64,000 nucleotides of DNA from NCBI RefSeq assembly GCF_009914755.1, contig NC_060925.1. The stretch is one strand, 5' to 3'. This document shows, piece by piece, positions 14,259 to 37,284 of the stretch (the first letter of the stretch is position 1; every line of letters begins with the position of its first letter). The position numbers and the translations under genes are program-made. The notes beneath the pieces were generated by a model that saw nothing but the letters and a program-made list of their open reading frames with translations, was not told where the DNA came from and did no database searches. This DNA comes from the human T2T-CHM13v2.0 reference genome, Homo sapiens.

Positions 14259-16281
14259 CTGTGTACAGGTGTGGTGGCCACGGTCTCAGGCAGAGGATCC
14301 CAAAGGACTTTTGAACACTGCTTAGGACACCAGGTGGGGTGACTTTCAGCAAAAACGGTGGCCCAGCAGCACCCCAAACATTGCCATGCCAGACAGGTCC
14401 TGTCACCTGTCAGCTGTCTCCAAAATGTATACTGCATTCGACTCCCGTGTCTTCACTGCTCCAGCCTAGTTCAAGCCACCAGAGCCCCACCTGGACCACT
14501 GCCCTCACCTCCTAACTCATCTCCCTACATCTACTTCTGCTTCCCCACTCTCTGTACAGCAACCAGAGAAATGTTTTCAAATAGAAGCCAGATCATGCCC
14601 TTCCTGGGCTTCATGCCTCCCCCACGGTCCCCACCACACCTGCAAAGGAATGATGTGCCCCACCTCTTTCTCCGATCTCATCCCCTGCTATTCCCCCCGC
14701 CTCTCACTTCGCGCTTCACTGGCCGTTGTCCTCCACACACACAAACGTCTTCCTACCTCAGGGCCTCTGCACTGGCTGTTCCCTCCTGGAAGGCTCTGTC
14801 CACATCTTCACGGGGCTAACATCGTTAAGTTCTCAAACAGCCCTCTCCTCATAGAGCCTTTCCTGACCTCTCAAGCTAAGGTAGTGGTCCCCGTATCATC
14901 CCTTCACTTTTCTCACTGCTTTTCGTTATCTGTTCTTTCCTTTCCTTATTTGGTCTGCCTCTGGCCAACAGGATGTCAGTTACTTGACAGCAGGGCCCGT
15001 GCTGGGCTCCATGCCCGGCTTCGCCAGCGTCTGGCGCCGGGAGCGCAGGTGCTCCAAGAGTGTGTGTTCAATGAATTGTTACTGAATGCTGCAGAACCCT
15101 GCTCCACACTGCTTCCTCGCCCTGGCGTTTGGGAGCCTGATGACAGCCCTGCCCGTGAAGGCCGCACCTAGGGACAATGTCAGGCTGAGGAGTGAGCCCA
15201 CGTGGCGCTGGCTCCGATGCTGCTGCCCTCTGTGCACTCAGCCCTTCTCCTGCGCAGGCCGGGCCCAGGGCAGGGCGCCCTCACAGCCTCCGTGCTAGGC
15301 CTGGCCTTCCACCAGCACCTCTCTCCTCTCCCAGTGCCAAAGTCCACTCTCCTTCCTGCTGTGGGGAAAATGGCACTCCTTTTAGGGGAAACACCCACTC
15401 CCCACTCAGCTTGGAGCTGGGCTTAGGAGCCAGTGAGAGCTGCAGGAGGGGAGAGAGACCAGCCGGAGCATGCAGAGCAGTGGACACTCACTTCCTTGGT
15501 CAGCGTCCTTTGAGAACAGGGTAGAAACTGAGAAAAGGCCTAGGTGTCCACATCTTGCACTGAGGTTTCCAGGGGGTTCACACATCACCACAGCCGATCC
15601 ACAGGGTTCCAGGAAGGACCGAGGAGCCCTCCCTCCCCCAGTGTCTAAACTGCTAACACGGGTTACCAAAGGCGTTTTACACACAAGACTGCTCAAAACC
15701 CTCAAACAACGCTTTGCAGGGGGTGCTTATGTTTCCCGGACTACAAGAGAGGAGGCTCCCAAACCAGCAGGCCGGGTGGGAGCGCACAGGGGAGGGAGGA
15801 GGGCTGCAGCCGGAATCCCAGGGACCTGCATTTCGGGGACAGGCGGGAGCCAGGGAGAGGGCGGGAGAGTGCCCAGGGAGGCAGCAGGCAATGGAGAGCA
15901 CCGGGTGGAGCCGACTTTCAAGGAGGAAGGGGCAGGAAAGAGGGTGAAATATTGCAAAGCAGCCCAGGATACAAAGGTGTCAAAGGTTTTATCCACAGAA
16001 ACTGCTGGTGATCTTTGGTGAGGGCAGAAGCCAGCCTACTGGGTTGACAGGACAGATGAGGGGTGTAAGACGTTGCTGAGCAGCCTGCGTCTGTGCCACA
16101 GAAAGGAGATGCAGCAAAAGCTAGCGGGGGCCAGGCTCCGGGCACATTAGCTTTTTTCCTCCTAAAATGAAACTTGAAGTCTGGGTGTAGTGTGGTGGCT
16201 CACACCTGTAATCCCAACACCTTGGGAGGCTGAGGCGGGCGGATTGCTTGAGCCCAGGCGTTTGAGACCAGCCTGGGCAAC

Positions 16282-16500
16282 ATAGTCCCCTGCCCCCTCA
16301 CCCCGCATCGACAGCTCCCTCCAGTCTCCCCTCCGCTGGCCTGGCTGACCACCTGCCCTCACTCTGCAGAGACCGCTTGGCCTCTCATGGGATGGTACCT
16401 ACTCCCCACCTATCCTCACGCAGTGAAGCTTAAAAACCCAGAAAGAGGGCCGGGTGCAGTGGCTCACACCTGTAATCCCAGCACTTTGGGAGGCCGAGGT
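16282..16500 (+). repeat. Copy 2 of the local duplication, embedded between Alu fragments
   Basis: As copy 1, with an extra 15 nt tctcatgggatggta at 16383-16397. Confidence 0.9.
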
Positions 16501-16574
16501 GTAGTGGCGCGATCTTGGCTCACTGCTACCTCCGCCTCCCGGGTGCAAGCAATTCTCCTGCCTCAGCCCCCTGA

Positions 16575-16793
<219 letters not shown>

Positions 16794-17153
16794 TGAACAG
16801 CGGAGACCCTGACAAGAGGAATCACAGTCACCTACACACTTTCCCAGGATGGGCCTCCAGTGGTACAGAGCAGGAAGCTGGGGAGAGTCACCCTTGGCAG
16901 CACAGACAAGTAGAAATGATCAGCTGATCCCAAGGACAGGCAGGAAAACCCTTTCCCAGAACCCTTCTTTTCTATGAAACAAAAACTTTAAACCACCGGG
17001 GAAGGGAAGCAAACCCCTCACATAAAAGATCAGGCAAAAGGGCCAGGTGCGGTGGCTCACTCCTGTAATCCCAGCACTTTGGGAGGCCACGAAGGGACGA
17101 GGGCAGGAGATCGAGACCATCCTGGTTAACACGGTGAAACCCCGTCTCTACTA

Positions 17154-23843
<6,690 letters not shown>

Positions 23844-24544
23844 CTGACTGTTGAACTTTAAGCCCTAATGAATTATTAGCAATTATTTATTATTTTGAAC
23901 CGGTTGCTTCTCCTGCTCCAAAAGATAGATGGTCAAGACTCGGTAGCATACTTTCCAAGATGTGCTTACCTCAACTGCTCTCCTTAATGCGTCTTCAGTC
24001 TGGCTTTATGGTATCCCACACAGCAAAAATAACCAAGATGGTCACCTCATCTGTCTCCCCAGATTTCAAAAGAAAAAAATTATGCCAGTCACCCTGCCTA
24101 TCAGTGGGGTCATCTGGATGTAGCAACCTCATTCTGGGACTCCACATCACACTGATCGCGCACTTCCCCACAAGTGCTCTGCAATCATCCACCCTGAGCA
24201 AGCGAGGGCTCTGCCTCTGGAGATCCATTAAAGTGTGTGGGGTCCACATATTTAATGGAACACACTACATACATGGTAGTGTAGAGAAACAACTTTATAA
24301 CCTAGTCATTTTCAATAAGAAAAATCAGTGCTAGCCTTTGCATTTAAAAGTGTGGAAAAATTTAAATCTATTTTAACTCACTAAGGTAATTAATAGTAAA
24401 ACTAAATAATTGGCCAGAAAGAGTTGTTTTTCAACTAGAGCCTTTTAAAACAAAAAAGATGTTTGAAACATTTCTTTTTCTCCTACCCAAATGTTGAAAT
24501 ACTGTACTAATGCTTCAGAGAGTAACTATATTAATGAAACATCA

Positions 24545-26475
24545 ACAAGTTACAGATAAACATTTTAATTGATTAAATATATTACTTTCAAGATCTTTTT
24601 GAAATCGCACTTGTACTGTACTAATCAACAGCCAAAGGCAATAAGAAAGTTTAAAACCAAAAATATTCTGACATGAACACATGACAGGAACCGCTGCTAT
24701 GTAAAGTAACATACACTGCTCCCAAGAACAATGATATTTTTAGGAGATAATTCATCTTAACATGTGCAAGGACAAATTTGTAATCAAAGGCTGGAAGAAA
24801 TATATATTAGTGCCTGCTTTTTAAAAGTTTATTTTACATTTTAAATACAGTATTTTTCTCATAAAAAAAAAATCCAGGAAGTGCCTAACTCCATGGTTTC
24901 TATACCATATGTACATGAAAGCTGACAGAGAGCCTGACAAATGTTCTGGATGTAACAGTATGAACACCTATGAGCTGGGACTACTTCTGAATCAAAATTA
25001 AAAAACACAAATTAAGCACTGCTTAAGAAAAAAAAAATCCAGTTTCTGAACAACCAAAAGAGAACAGAGTTAGATATGTACAAAACCAGGTATTAAAAAA
25101 CAGAAAGAAATACAGCACACAAAAAACTCAAACAACCCATATGTAGTGAACTGTATATACTGTAGTTAATGAAAACCCTCCTACAAGAAGTGATTTAGGA
25201 TTTGAAATTTTAAAAATCTAAGTACTTCAGTAACAACATACAATAACAACATTAAGTGTATATTGCCATCTTTGTCATTTTCTATCTATACCACTCTCCC
25301 TTCTGAAAACAAGAATCACTAGCCAATCACTTATACAAATTTGAGGCAATTAATCCATATTTGTTTTCAGTAAGGAAAAAAAGATGTACCTCTTCCCGTC
25401 AATAAAGAAATAACACAAATTAAAGCTATAAAATTTAAGCATGGGCATATGTATTTCCAATTCTCCTTAATAAGTAATTCCAAACTGGAATAATGTGGGG
25501 TTTGTGACTAAGTAGTAACAAATTAAAAGAAAATAGACTGTCTCTGGCAGTGATTTCCATATTAGTGCAATGTTACTTCCCATATGCTGAATTATATTTA
25601 AATGATTTTATGTATTTTAATTCAGTAGGTGCCAATTTGAGTTTATAAAATCCTTAATTTTATTCTTTGTGCAGAAAAGTTTCAATTTGAGATACTCTAT
25701 GAAGCCAAAACAAAACAAAACAAAAAACCTGTATTTTGCTACTAGTAGTATGAATACCAAATAAAGATACAAGGATTCAAAGTTTGTGGAAGTTCCTGAA
25801 GAAAAATCTCTGAGGTGTTCTACGTATCTTGATACTTCAATTATCAATTAGTTTTGAACATTCTAGTTTAAGATTATCTCAGAAAATAATTCTCTGTAAT
25901 ATAACTCTGAACTAAACAGCTGCACCCAAAGCAGAAACAATCTGGGTCATTCTGAACGAGATCAAACTGAGGCCATTTCTTTTTCTATTATAATCTGTGA
26001 GGTGTTGAGTTTTTAAGTTTTAAAAATGGCCTTTAATCAAAGCCAGCTGCACCTGATATAGACTTGTTAACTTATGGATTTCAAATTAGAGGACACTGTA
26101 ACTACGGGCTCTCATAAGACACATGGAGCAGGCAGCAAGGGGCTAACCATCAGCCGGGTAAGGTCAACGTTGGGGTGTTTTATTTTGGAGACTTTAAATA
26201 TTTAACATGTAGCTCATGTAACTTCAGCATCCACTAGTGACTCTGCTGGTCAGCACCCAAGGGCTGGATGAGTCTGAGGAATCTCCTTTAACCCCAAAGT
26301 ATGAATGCTAAAGAGTCTCAAGGAAATTTTGATTCCCAGCAAGAGTTCACAAACCATCAGACCAATATCAATAAGGTAAACTGTGACTCTAATGCTCCAC
26401 AAAAGTAAAAAGAAATTTCCAAATTAAATGTCATCTTCTGCCCAACCCTAGACTCCAGACTTTGTAACAACATTT
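24545..26475 (-). other. ACBD3: ACBD3 3' UTR (~1.9 kb)
   Basis: AT-rich, Alu-free stretch after the stop codon. The end is inferred from ATTAAA at 24569-24564 followed by GT-rich TTGTTGATGTTT. Confidence 0.85.
24564..24569 (-). terminator. Distal poly(A) signal ATTAAA of ACBD3
   Basis: Plus-strand tttaat, with a GU-rich element starting about 15 nt downstream on the minus strand. More proximal AATAAA hexamers sit at 24828-24833, 25659-25664 and 26179-26184. Confidence 0.7.
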
Positions 26476-26687
26476 TTATCTAGTATAATAGACTCTGTAG
26501 TAGACTGATTTTGACCGCCACAAAGAGTAGGAGTTGTCAAACTTGAGGAGATAGACTCCTCTCCCTGGATATTGATGGCTGCCAGCATACACCTCCTCAT
26601 GACAGTCCCGTCGGTACACAGGCACAATCTCATCCAGCAAAGGCTTGTTGGCATTCTTTTTGGCTTTCTCTTCACAACCGATGTTTT
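26476..26687 (-). CDS. ACBD3: ACBD3 exon 8 coding part (GOLD domain C-terminus and stop)
   Basis: Acceptor tcttacag|AA AAC ATC GGT; encodes [69 protein letters not shown]; TAA at 26478-26476. Confidence 0.97.
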
Positions 26688-26713
26688 CTGTAAGAACAGA
26701 GACAAGTCAATGA

Positions 26714-27055
<342 letters not shown>

Positions 27056-27134
27056 TATCCTTTCTTTGAGAAACTGCTCTTGTTGGGAATTCTGTTGAAC
27101 CATTTAACAAGTTATGTGCATGTGAGCATTTATT

Positions 27135-27172
27135 AGTTCGTTCATTCATTCATTCATTCACTCATTCATTCA
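27135..27172 (+). repeat. (TTCA)n microsatellite, probably an L2 tail
   Basis: ttcgttcattcattcattcattcactcattcattca. Confidence 0.85.
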
Positions 27173-27967
27173 AATACCTAAGTATGTGCTATACACCAAA
27201 CCCTGTTCTGAGCCCTGGGAGCCCAGTGATGAACATCTAGTGGTAGCAGTGGTCAGCATCCTATCTCTTTCTGTGCTTACTACCATTCCTATTTCAAGGT
27301 CCCATTTTCCCCTTTCCATAGCCATTCAATTCCTAATTCATCCTCAGGAATTTCACTCATCTGAGTAACATGAAAATGTTGCTCTCATCATCCTCCTTCT
27401 GACCAATATGAGTCCTCCCCATTTTAGAAAGATGGAAGATGATTTGTGAGGACTATTGCTTTCTGTATATCTTAAATATAAGCAGTAAAATGAAAAAATC
27501 ATAGTAGAGAGATAGGCATTCAGAGATACTCTGAAAATTCAATTATTTTCACTAGGCCAATTTAACCCAGAGATGATCTAAGTGGCAAAAAATGGGCTCT
27601 GAAAGGTTTGCCCCGGTTAAGAGTTTTTTGAACTGTAATGCTATGAGGTTAGGAAAAAAAATGCCTCTAGAAACCTACAGGAATGAGAAAATTATGAACC
27701 AGCTTCGAAGTCACAGTTTAACATATTTAATACAAACCAGCTCAAAGAGGTCAAGGGAGTATTCAGCACAGAAGACAAGACTTTCGGGTTTATGGTTGTT
27801 GTTTTTGTTTGTTTGTTTGTTTAAGAGACTGGGACTACAGGCATGGATTTTCAGGTTTATAACATGGCAGAGTGAATTCTGGCAACACACTGAGTGATGC
27901 TTGTCAATGGCCACTATCAGGAATTTAAAACAAGGTAAGTTTGAGAAATTCTCACCGTCTATAGCAG

Positions 27968-28248
27968 ATTAAGGAGATATGATGACTGACTATAATGTGG
28001 CATCCTGGAAAGGATCTTGGAACATTAGGTAAAAACTAAAAACATCTGAATAAATATGGACTTTAGTTAATTAATGAATCAATGTATCAATATTGTTTCA
28101 TTAGCTGTGATGAGTGCACCACAGTACAATGTAAGATGCTAACAACAGAGGGAACTTGGTGCAGGGTATATGGGTACTCTTTGTGCTATCTTTGTAACTT
28201 TTCTGTAAATCTAAAACTATTCTAAAATTAAAAGTTTATTTTAAAAAA
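27968..28248 (+). mobile_element. L1MC-like 3' end
   Basis: gtgcagggtatatgggtactct...ttttctgtaaatctaaaactattctaaaat followed by an A-rich end. Confidence 0.7.
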
Positions 28249-29011
28249 GCAGATGGCACTCTTATAAAGGTAGGTCAAAACCAGATTTACTTAACCACAG
28301 AAATACCTATAATTAAGCATGTTTCACATGCAAATGAGAAATACAGAACCATCCAAAATGTACACTATTGTTGACATCCAAGAAATAGACTGGTCCATTG
28401 ATTCAAGACTCAAATTTTGTTTTAAATCTATAAAACTAAAGATTACTGGGATAGATGAAAAGGCATCTTTTATGAATTTAAGCCAAGGTTTAGGACCTGT
28501 AAACAATGAAGAAAATGGAGAATTAAAACAGGAGGATGTGTTACCATCCATGCTTCTTCAGAGAAAGCAAACTCCTCTGTCTACCTTTCAAGACCTAAGG
28601 AAGAAAAACCAAACCAAAACCCAAAAAACTCAGACTCTTCTACCATATGAAATACAAGACACGGTAGGACAGTAGCTTCTAAGGCATATGGACAAATACA
28701 ATTTGTGAGCTAAATCTTTAAATGGGATGAAGTGACGCTCATGTAATGAACAATTCTTAGGAATGATAAAGCTTCACTGCTGTGAGGCTAAAATGTTTTA
28801 GCTGCAAATCATTTTATGATTAGGAATGGTACAAGTACAGGGAATGCCATCTTTCATTTGAGGGACATATTAGAACTAAGATCAAGGATATTAAGGTTCT
28901 TACCTCTAGAAATGAACCCCTGCCATTTTCACTAGTGATCTTCCCAACACCAATATAACCCCAAAACTATCATCAGCTGAGGGTTCAGACTAGGCAGTAA
29001 CCACCTTTTAG

Positions 29012-31884
<2,873 letters not shown>

Positions 31885-32200
31885 ATTTTTTTTGAAGTAA
31901 TCTTGCATATTTGGCTTTTCAACACACAAGGTTAGAAGTAAAATAGTATTCAGAAAGGAGTAAAATAGCAAATTGCCAAATAGATTTTCCTGGCATTCAG
32001 AAAAATTCAGGTTTAGGCCCCAGTCCCCTACAGGAGCCTGGCCTCATAACATTTTCAGCCCAAGGTCCCACTAATGAAGAAAGTGTTCCCTAACCATGAA
32101 GTGTTAGTCAGGAAGCATAAGGCTGGGTGACACCTGAACTATGTACCATTTCTGCCAACACACAACCCAGCAGCTACTGAATATGGACCAAGGGTTCTAC

Positions 32201-32485
32201 CTTCTTCCTCCTCGTCGTCATCGCTGGACTCACTGACATGCACGCTGACAGCAGTGTTTGGAGAGTCTGTCCATTCAAAATACACCCCAAACCCAATGTC
32301 ATAATTGTCTGTGGCAAATTCCCAAAAGAGATATGATCCTTCTTCATGGGTGGGTACTCGAACAGTGACCACTTCTCCTCGGCCCACTGTAATCACGGAA
32401 TCTGCATCCTGCTGAATCTTCTCTTTGAAGTCTTTGATCTGAGGTCGTGTCCACATGGATGGAGCTGCTATTACTGGAAGAGATT
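32201..32485 (-). CDS. ACBD3: ACBD3 exon 7 (GOLD domain, N-terminal part)
   Basis: Acceptor cctttag|AA TCT CTT; encodes [94 protein letters not shown]; donor G|gtagaa; 285 nt. Matches ORF 32139..32495. Confidence 0.98.
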
Positions 32486-33637
32486 CTAAAGGCAATAGGT
32501 ATTAAAAAGCTAAAGAAAAAGAGCCTTCACCCTGCAGGTAGCCACATTTTCATAGCACTACCTGATCAGTTGTACTCAGGCACCAAGTACAATATGGTCT
32601 AGCTTAGATCAAGGACTTGGAGGAATAAAAAAGCCTCCCCATGGGAGTCTCTCCAGATTACTATGTTTAACAATGTTGCAGGCACTCAGAGGTCATCGTA
32701 CTTCTTCAAGTAACAATGGCAGCCCACAATTTTAGAAACGAATTTTTTTCAACACTCCCTCTATGGGGATTCAAGAATGACCTTGGGAAGGCCCCAGCTG
32801 GAGTGAGGGAAATATTCTAGCAAGGAAGAGAGATTCTGGCTTTAGGAATAAATTACTCTTGTGGATGTGAACAAAGAAAGCTGGACTTTGACTTCAGCCT
32901 GTCTGTTGAAAAATTCTTCACCTCCAACTATCCCAAAGTTCTAGGGGCTATTCTAAAGGAGCTCAAAGAAACAAAAACTCGGACAGGATTAGAACCACTA
33001 GGGACTGAGAAAAAGGGGTAAAGTCTTGTTACTGAGCAGTACCTATGTGCACTTGACTATGCAATAAGTTTTTCAAAGTTAGTCACAGAGCCTTTGAAAT
33101 ATTTTCTCTCATTTGAAGATGCTAGTATAATCCCTTGATAAGAAAAAAAAAGGGAAGGGGGCAGTAAACCAAGGGATTTCAAAGCCTTTTCTGAAGCAAT
33201 TATTACTTGTTCTAAACAGACAAGGAAGATCTCTGAAACCAAATTTCTTATGAACCATACCACCATCCCTGACCACTGTCACTGAAATGCTCTCCTCTTC
33301 CTCCTTACTTAGTTAACTCCTCTTGCTTCAGATATCTCAGGTCAATTGTCCCTTCCTCTGGGAAGCCTCTGGTGGCCTCTCTGACTAGGTCACACTTCCC
33401 TGTTTTACATTCTCTCAAAGATAATGTACCTCTCTCTCCATCACCGTACTTATCACAGCTACAATCTACATTTTCTGTGTGTTATTTTGCCTCACCACTG
33501 TACTCCTAGCACTCAGGAAACCTTCAACTAATTGCTGAATGAACAAATGAGCTGCCCATGGAAAGCTAGTAGAGCTTTGAAAATGCAGTTATTTTCTAGG
33601 CAACATGATACATTAGTCTCAAAAATATATCTATTTC

Positions 33638-34270
33638 TATGGTAGCCAGCCTCCAAGATGGTCCCCAGAGATTCTCACCTCTGGGTCTTCATGCACTTGT
33701 GAGGTCACCACCCACAATATATAAGGATTGGTATGTGTGACCAACAGAATATGGTGGGAGTTCCAAAGTCAAGGCATAAAAGACACTGCCACTTCTGCTA
33801 GGGGAAGCCAGTAACTGTTTTGAGGACCCTCAAGAAGCCCTATGGAGAGGCTTCATGGGGCCAGGAATTGAGCTTCCAGCCAAAAGCCAGCCATGTGAGG
33901 GAACCATTTTGGAAGCAGATCTTCTAGTCCTGGCATCAACATCTTGACTGCAATCTCATGAGGGAGCCTAAGTCAGAGCCATTCAGCTAAACTGCTCCTG
34001 AAACCCTGACCCACTGAAGCTGTACAAGATAGTAATAAATGTTTATTGTTATTTCAAGCTACTAAATTTAGGTGTAATTAATTTTTGTTTGTTTTTTTTT
34101 TGAGAGACAGTCTTGCTTTGTCACCCAGGCAGGCGGAATCATAGTTCACTGCAGCCTCAAACTCTTGGGCTCAAGTGATCTTCCTGCCTCAGCCTCCCAG
34201 AGTGCTGGGATTACAGGTATGAGCCACTGCGCCCAGCCTGTAATTTGTTATGCAGCAATAGATAATTTAT
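33638..34270 (+). mobile_element. MLT1-family LTR with an inserted Alu fragment (34085-34240)
   Basis: Starts ggtagccagcctccaagatgg, contains ggggaagccag and aataaatg, ends gtaatttgttatgcagcaatagataa. Confidence 0.75.
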
Positions 34271-34512
34271 ATATATATATATGACAAAACATAACTTTTG
34301 TCTTAAAAGTGTCCAAAGACATCTGATTTGCTCTTCTACACTGGTCTATGAGTCACCAGAGCATTAGATTCAGACTAAAAAGAGTAAAAAAATGTTCAAC
34401 TCTCACAAATATGTAATTGTTCTCAAAAGCTAATTATAACCTGACTTCATGACTTTTGCCTTTCACAGATTTGGAATTATGACATCTGGACAAACACATA
34501 TGCAAAACCTAC

Positions 34513-34699
34513 CTTTTGGTCCATTCTCCAGGGCTTCTTCTGCAGCTTCTGGTTCCAGTTCTTTTTCGGAGCTGTCAGTGTGTGTTTTGGCCTGTCCATT
34601 AACTGACATCATATTACTTGGTACAGTTGCATTCACTTTTGATGATGTAGGCAAGGAAGACCCAGCCACTACTACTTCCTGTTGTTTCTGTAATGCTGC
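34513..34699 (-). CDS. ACBD3: ACBD3 exon 6 (linker)
   Basis: Acceptor gtttgtag|GCA GCA TTA CAG; encodes [62 protein letters not shown]; donor G|gtaggt; 187 nt. Overlaps ORF 34463..34669. Confidence 0.97.
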
Positions 34700-34940
34700 C
34701 TACAAACCAAGAGAAAGTGAAGACACACTGACCAGGAAGGCTAGCAAATAAGACATCTGCCCTGGAGTACATCTGATACCATGCTTTTGCCCTACCAAAG
34801 TGCTATGCTCAAGAAATTACTAATAAATTTTTATCAGTTTTTATCCTGTCTATAATGAATATTATTAGTACAATATCAAACTGACAGCTAAAAATAATAA
34901 AAAATCAATAAAAATTAATGTGGACAAAAACCTGCAACTA

Positions 34941-35417
<477 letters not shown>

Positions 35418-35889
35418 TTAGAAAAATTAAACTTGGTGGGAATAGTCACAGAAGAAAATTCACAAAGGCAGAAGCTATAATTGGCAAAATCTGGTATGGG
35501 CCCCCAAAGCAATAAAAAAATCAAATATGGACAATTTATTCTAACATAATTGACCCCAAAAAGTCAATAAATTAAAACTTCAGGGAAAAATTATGATCAC
35601 AATGAAATTGAAAATTGTTAATCGTGTTGTAAAATGCTGACCTAAGAATCAAACAGACTTACAGGATGCAATTTGAGGTTAAAAATATTTTCTCAATGAA
35701 AATTTGTCACTGTTTATATAGTTATGATTGAAATGTGTATTCATAAATATAAAATCAAAATGTCCTCTGAGTCAAAATGGCAGTAAAAACATCTTAAATC
35801 CAAAGGACTATTTTGGGACATTCCTCTTCTAAATCAATATGGACAGATACTACTTCAAATATCTGAGTATTACTTAGGTAACTTTGGTG

Positions 35890-36305
35890 GGGAACTATAA
35901 ATTGAATTACAACATACATGTAGAAAGTGTACAAATGATAAATTACACAGCTTGATCAATTTTCATAAATCAAACACATCCATGTAACTAATACTCAGAT
36001 CAAGACAGTATCTGCATCCAGAATATTCCCTGGTACCCCTTTCTGGGCACCTGCCCTGAAGGGTAACAACTATTTGACTTATAACACTATAGATTTGCTT
36101 TGCCTATTTTAAAACTTTAAAGAAATGGGTTGTATAGTATACATTCTTTTTTATGTCTGGCTACCTTCACTCAACATTACTTTTATAAGCTACATCTATA
36201 GAGTCACAAGTAATTGTATTTTGTTGTTTGCATTACTTTTAAGTTATTCCATCATAAAAAGATAAAATCTATCCATTCTACTGTTGATGAGCATTTGGGC
36301 ATGTA
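35890..36305 (-). mobile_element. Old L1ME-like fragment
   Basis: Contains ctatccattctactgttgatgagcatttggg and similar L1M 3'-region motifs. Confidence 0.55.
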
Positions 36306-36375
36306 AGCAATGTTTTAAACTAAAACACTGTCACAAATAAGCAAGTACGTATATGTTCACTGCAGGAAAAAAAAT

Positions 36376-36403
36376 ACACACACGCACACATACACACACA
36401 CAC
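36376..36403 (+). repeat. Imperfect (CA)n microsatellite
   Basis: acacacacgcacacatacacacacacac. Confidence 0.85.
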
Positions 36404-37125
36404 GGAAAAAGCCTTTATGATCCCATGGGGTAGGGATAATGATATATTTTGGCATATCTCTACACACATTTCATTGAATGTATCATTTACAAGCCAATTA
36501 CTTAAATGAATAGCAATGCTTCTCTTTGCTGCTAATATAGGTTAATAACACAATTAAGATTTTAAGATATCTTCTTCCAAGGTCTGGATTTTCAGTAATT
36601 TCCACATCAATTTTCTAGAAGGGATACTAGCTTCCAGAGAAAGTACCTAAAATCAAAACAAGTCAGCACACTCAGAACATTCACTGCATGACAGGAAAGC
36701 AAAAGAGCATTTTTGATGATCAATAGGCCCAGCTCAAATGGTCCCTCATCTCCACTAATCCTTTCTTGAAAGGCTCTAGCAGAAAAACAACTTTCTCTGG
36801 GAACCCCCGACCATGAATCTATTGTACTACATGTAATAGATTGTAATGATATATTTCCATACTCTCTTCCTGTTATTAGGAAGTTTAAAAAAGCACAGAA
36901 AGGTATAAAAGCAACGTATCAAACACCCACAAATGTATCTACACCCCAAAATTAACAAATGTGTTCATTTTGCTATTTATATAAAAATTAGTATTTTATA
37001 GGAGTAAAGTTCCCTTTGTTCCTTCCCCAGTCTCTTTCCTTTTCTCTTCTCAGAAGCAACCAATAAATTTGATAAACTGAGTTTGATCACTCTAATCTCA
37101 ATTATGGATTTTTTTTTTTTTTTGA

Positions 37126-37284
<159 letters not shown>

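Noticed and set aside
12473-16021. ORFs of 150-200 aa (12473..13081, 12537..13094, 14650..15171, 15470..16021)
   Set aside because: No similarity I recognise; GC-rich intergenic DNA partly derived from Alu or other old repeats.
23960-24334. 124-aa plus-strand ORF just past the ACBD3 3' end
   Set aside because: No recognisable homology, and no poly(A) tail or TSD to suggest a retrocopy.
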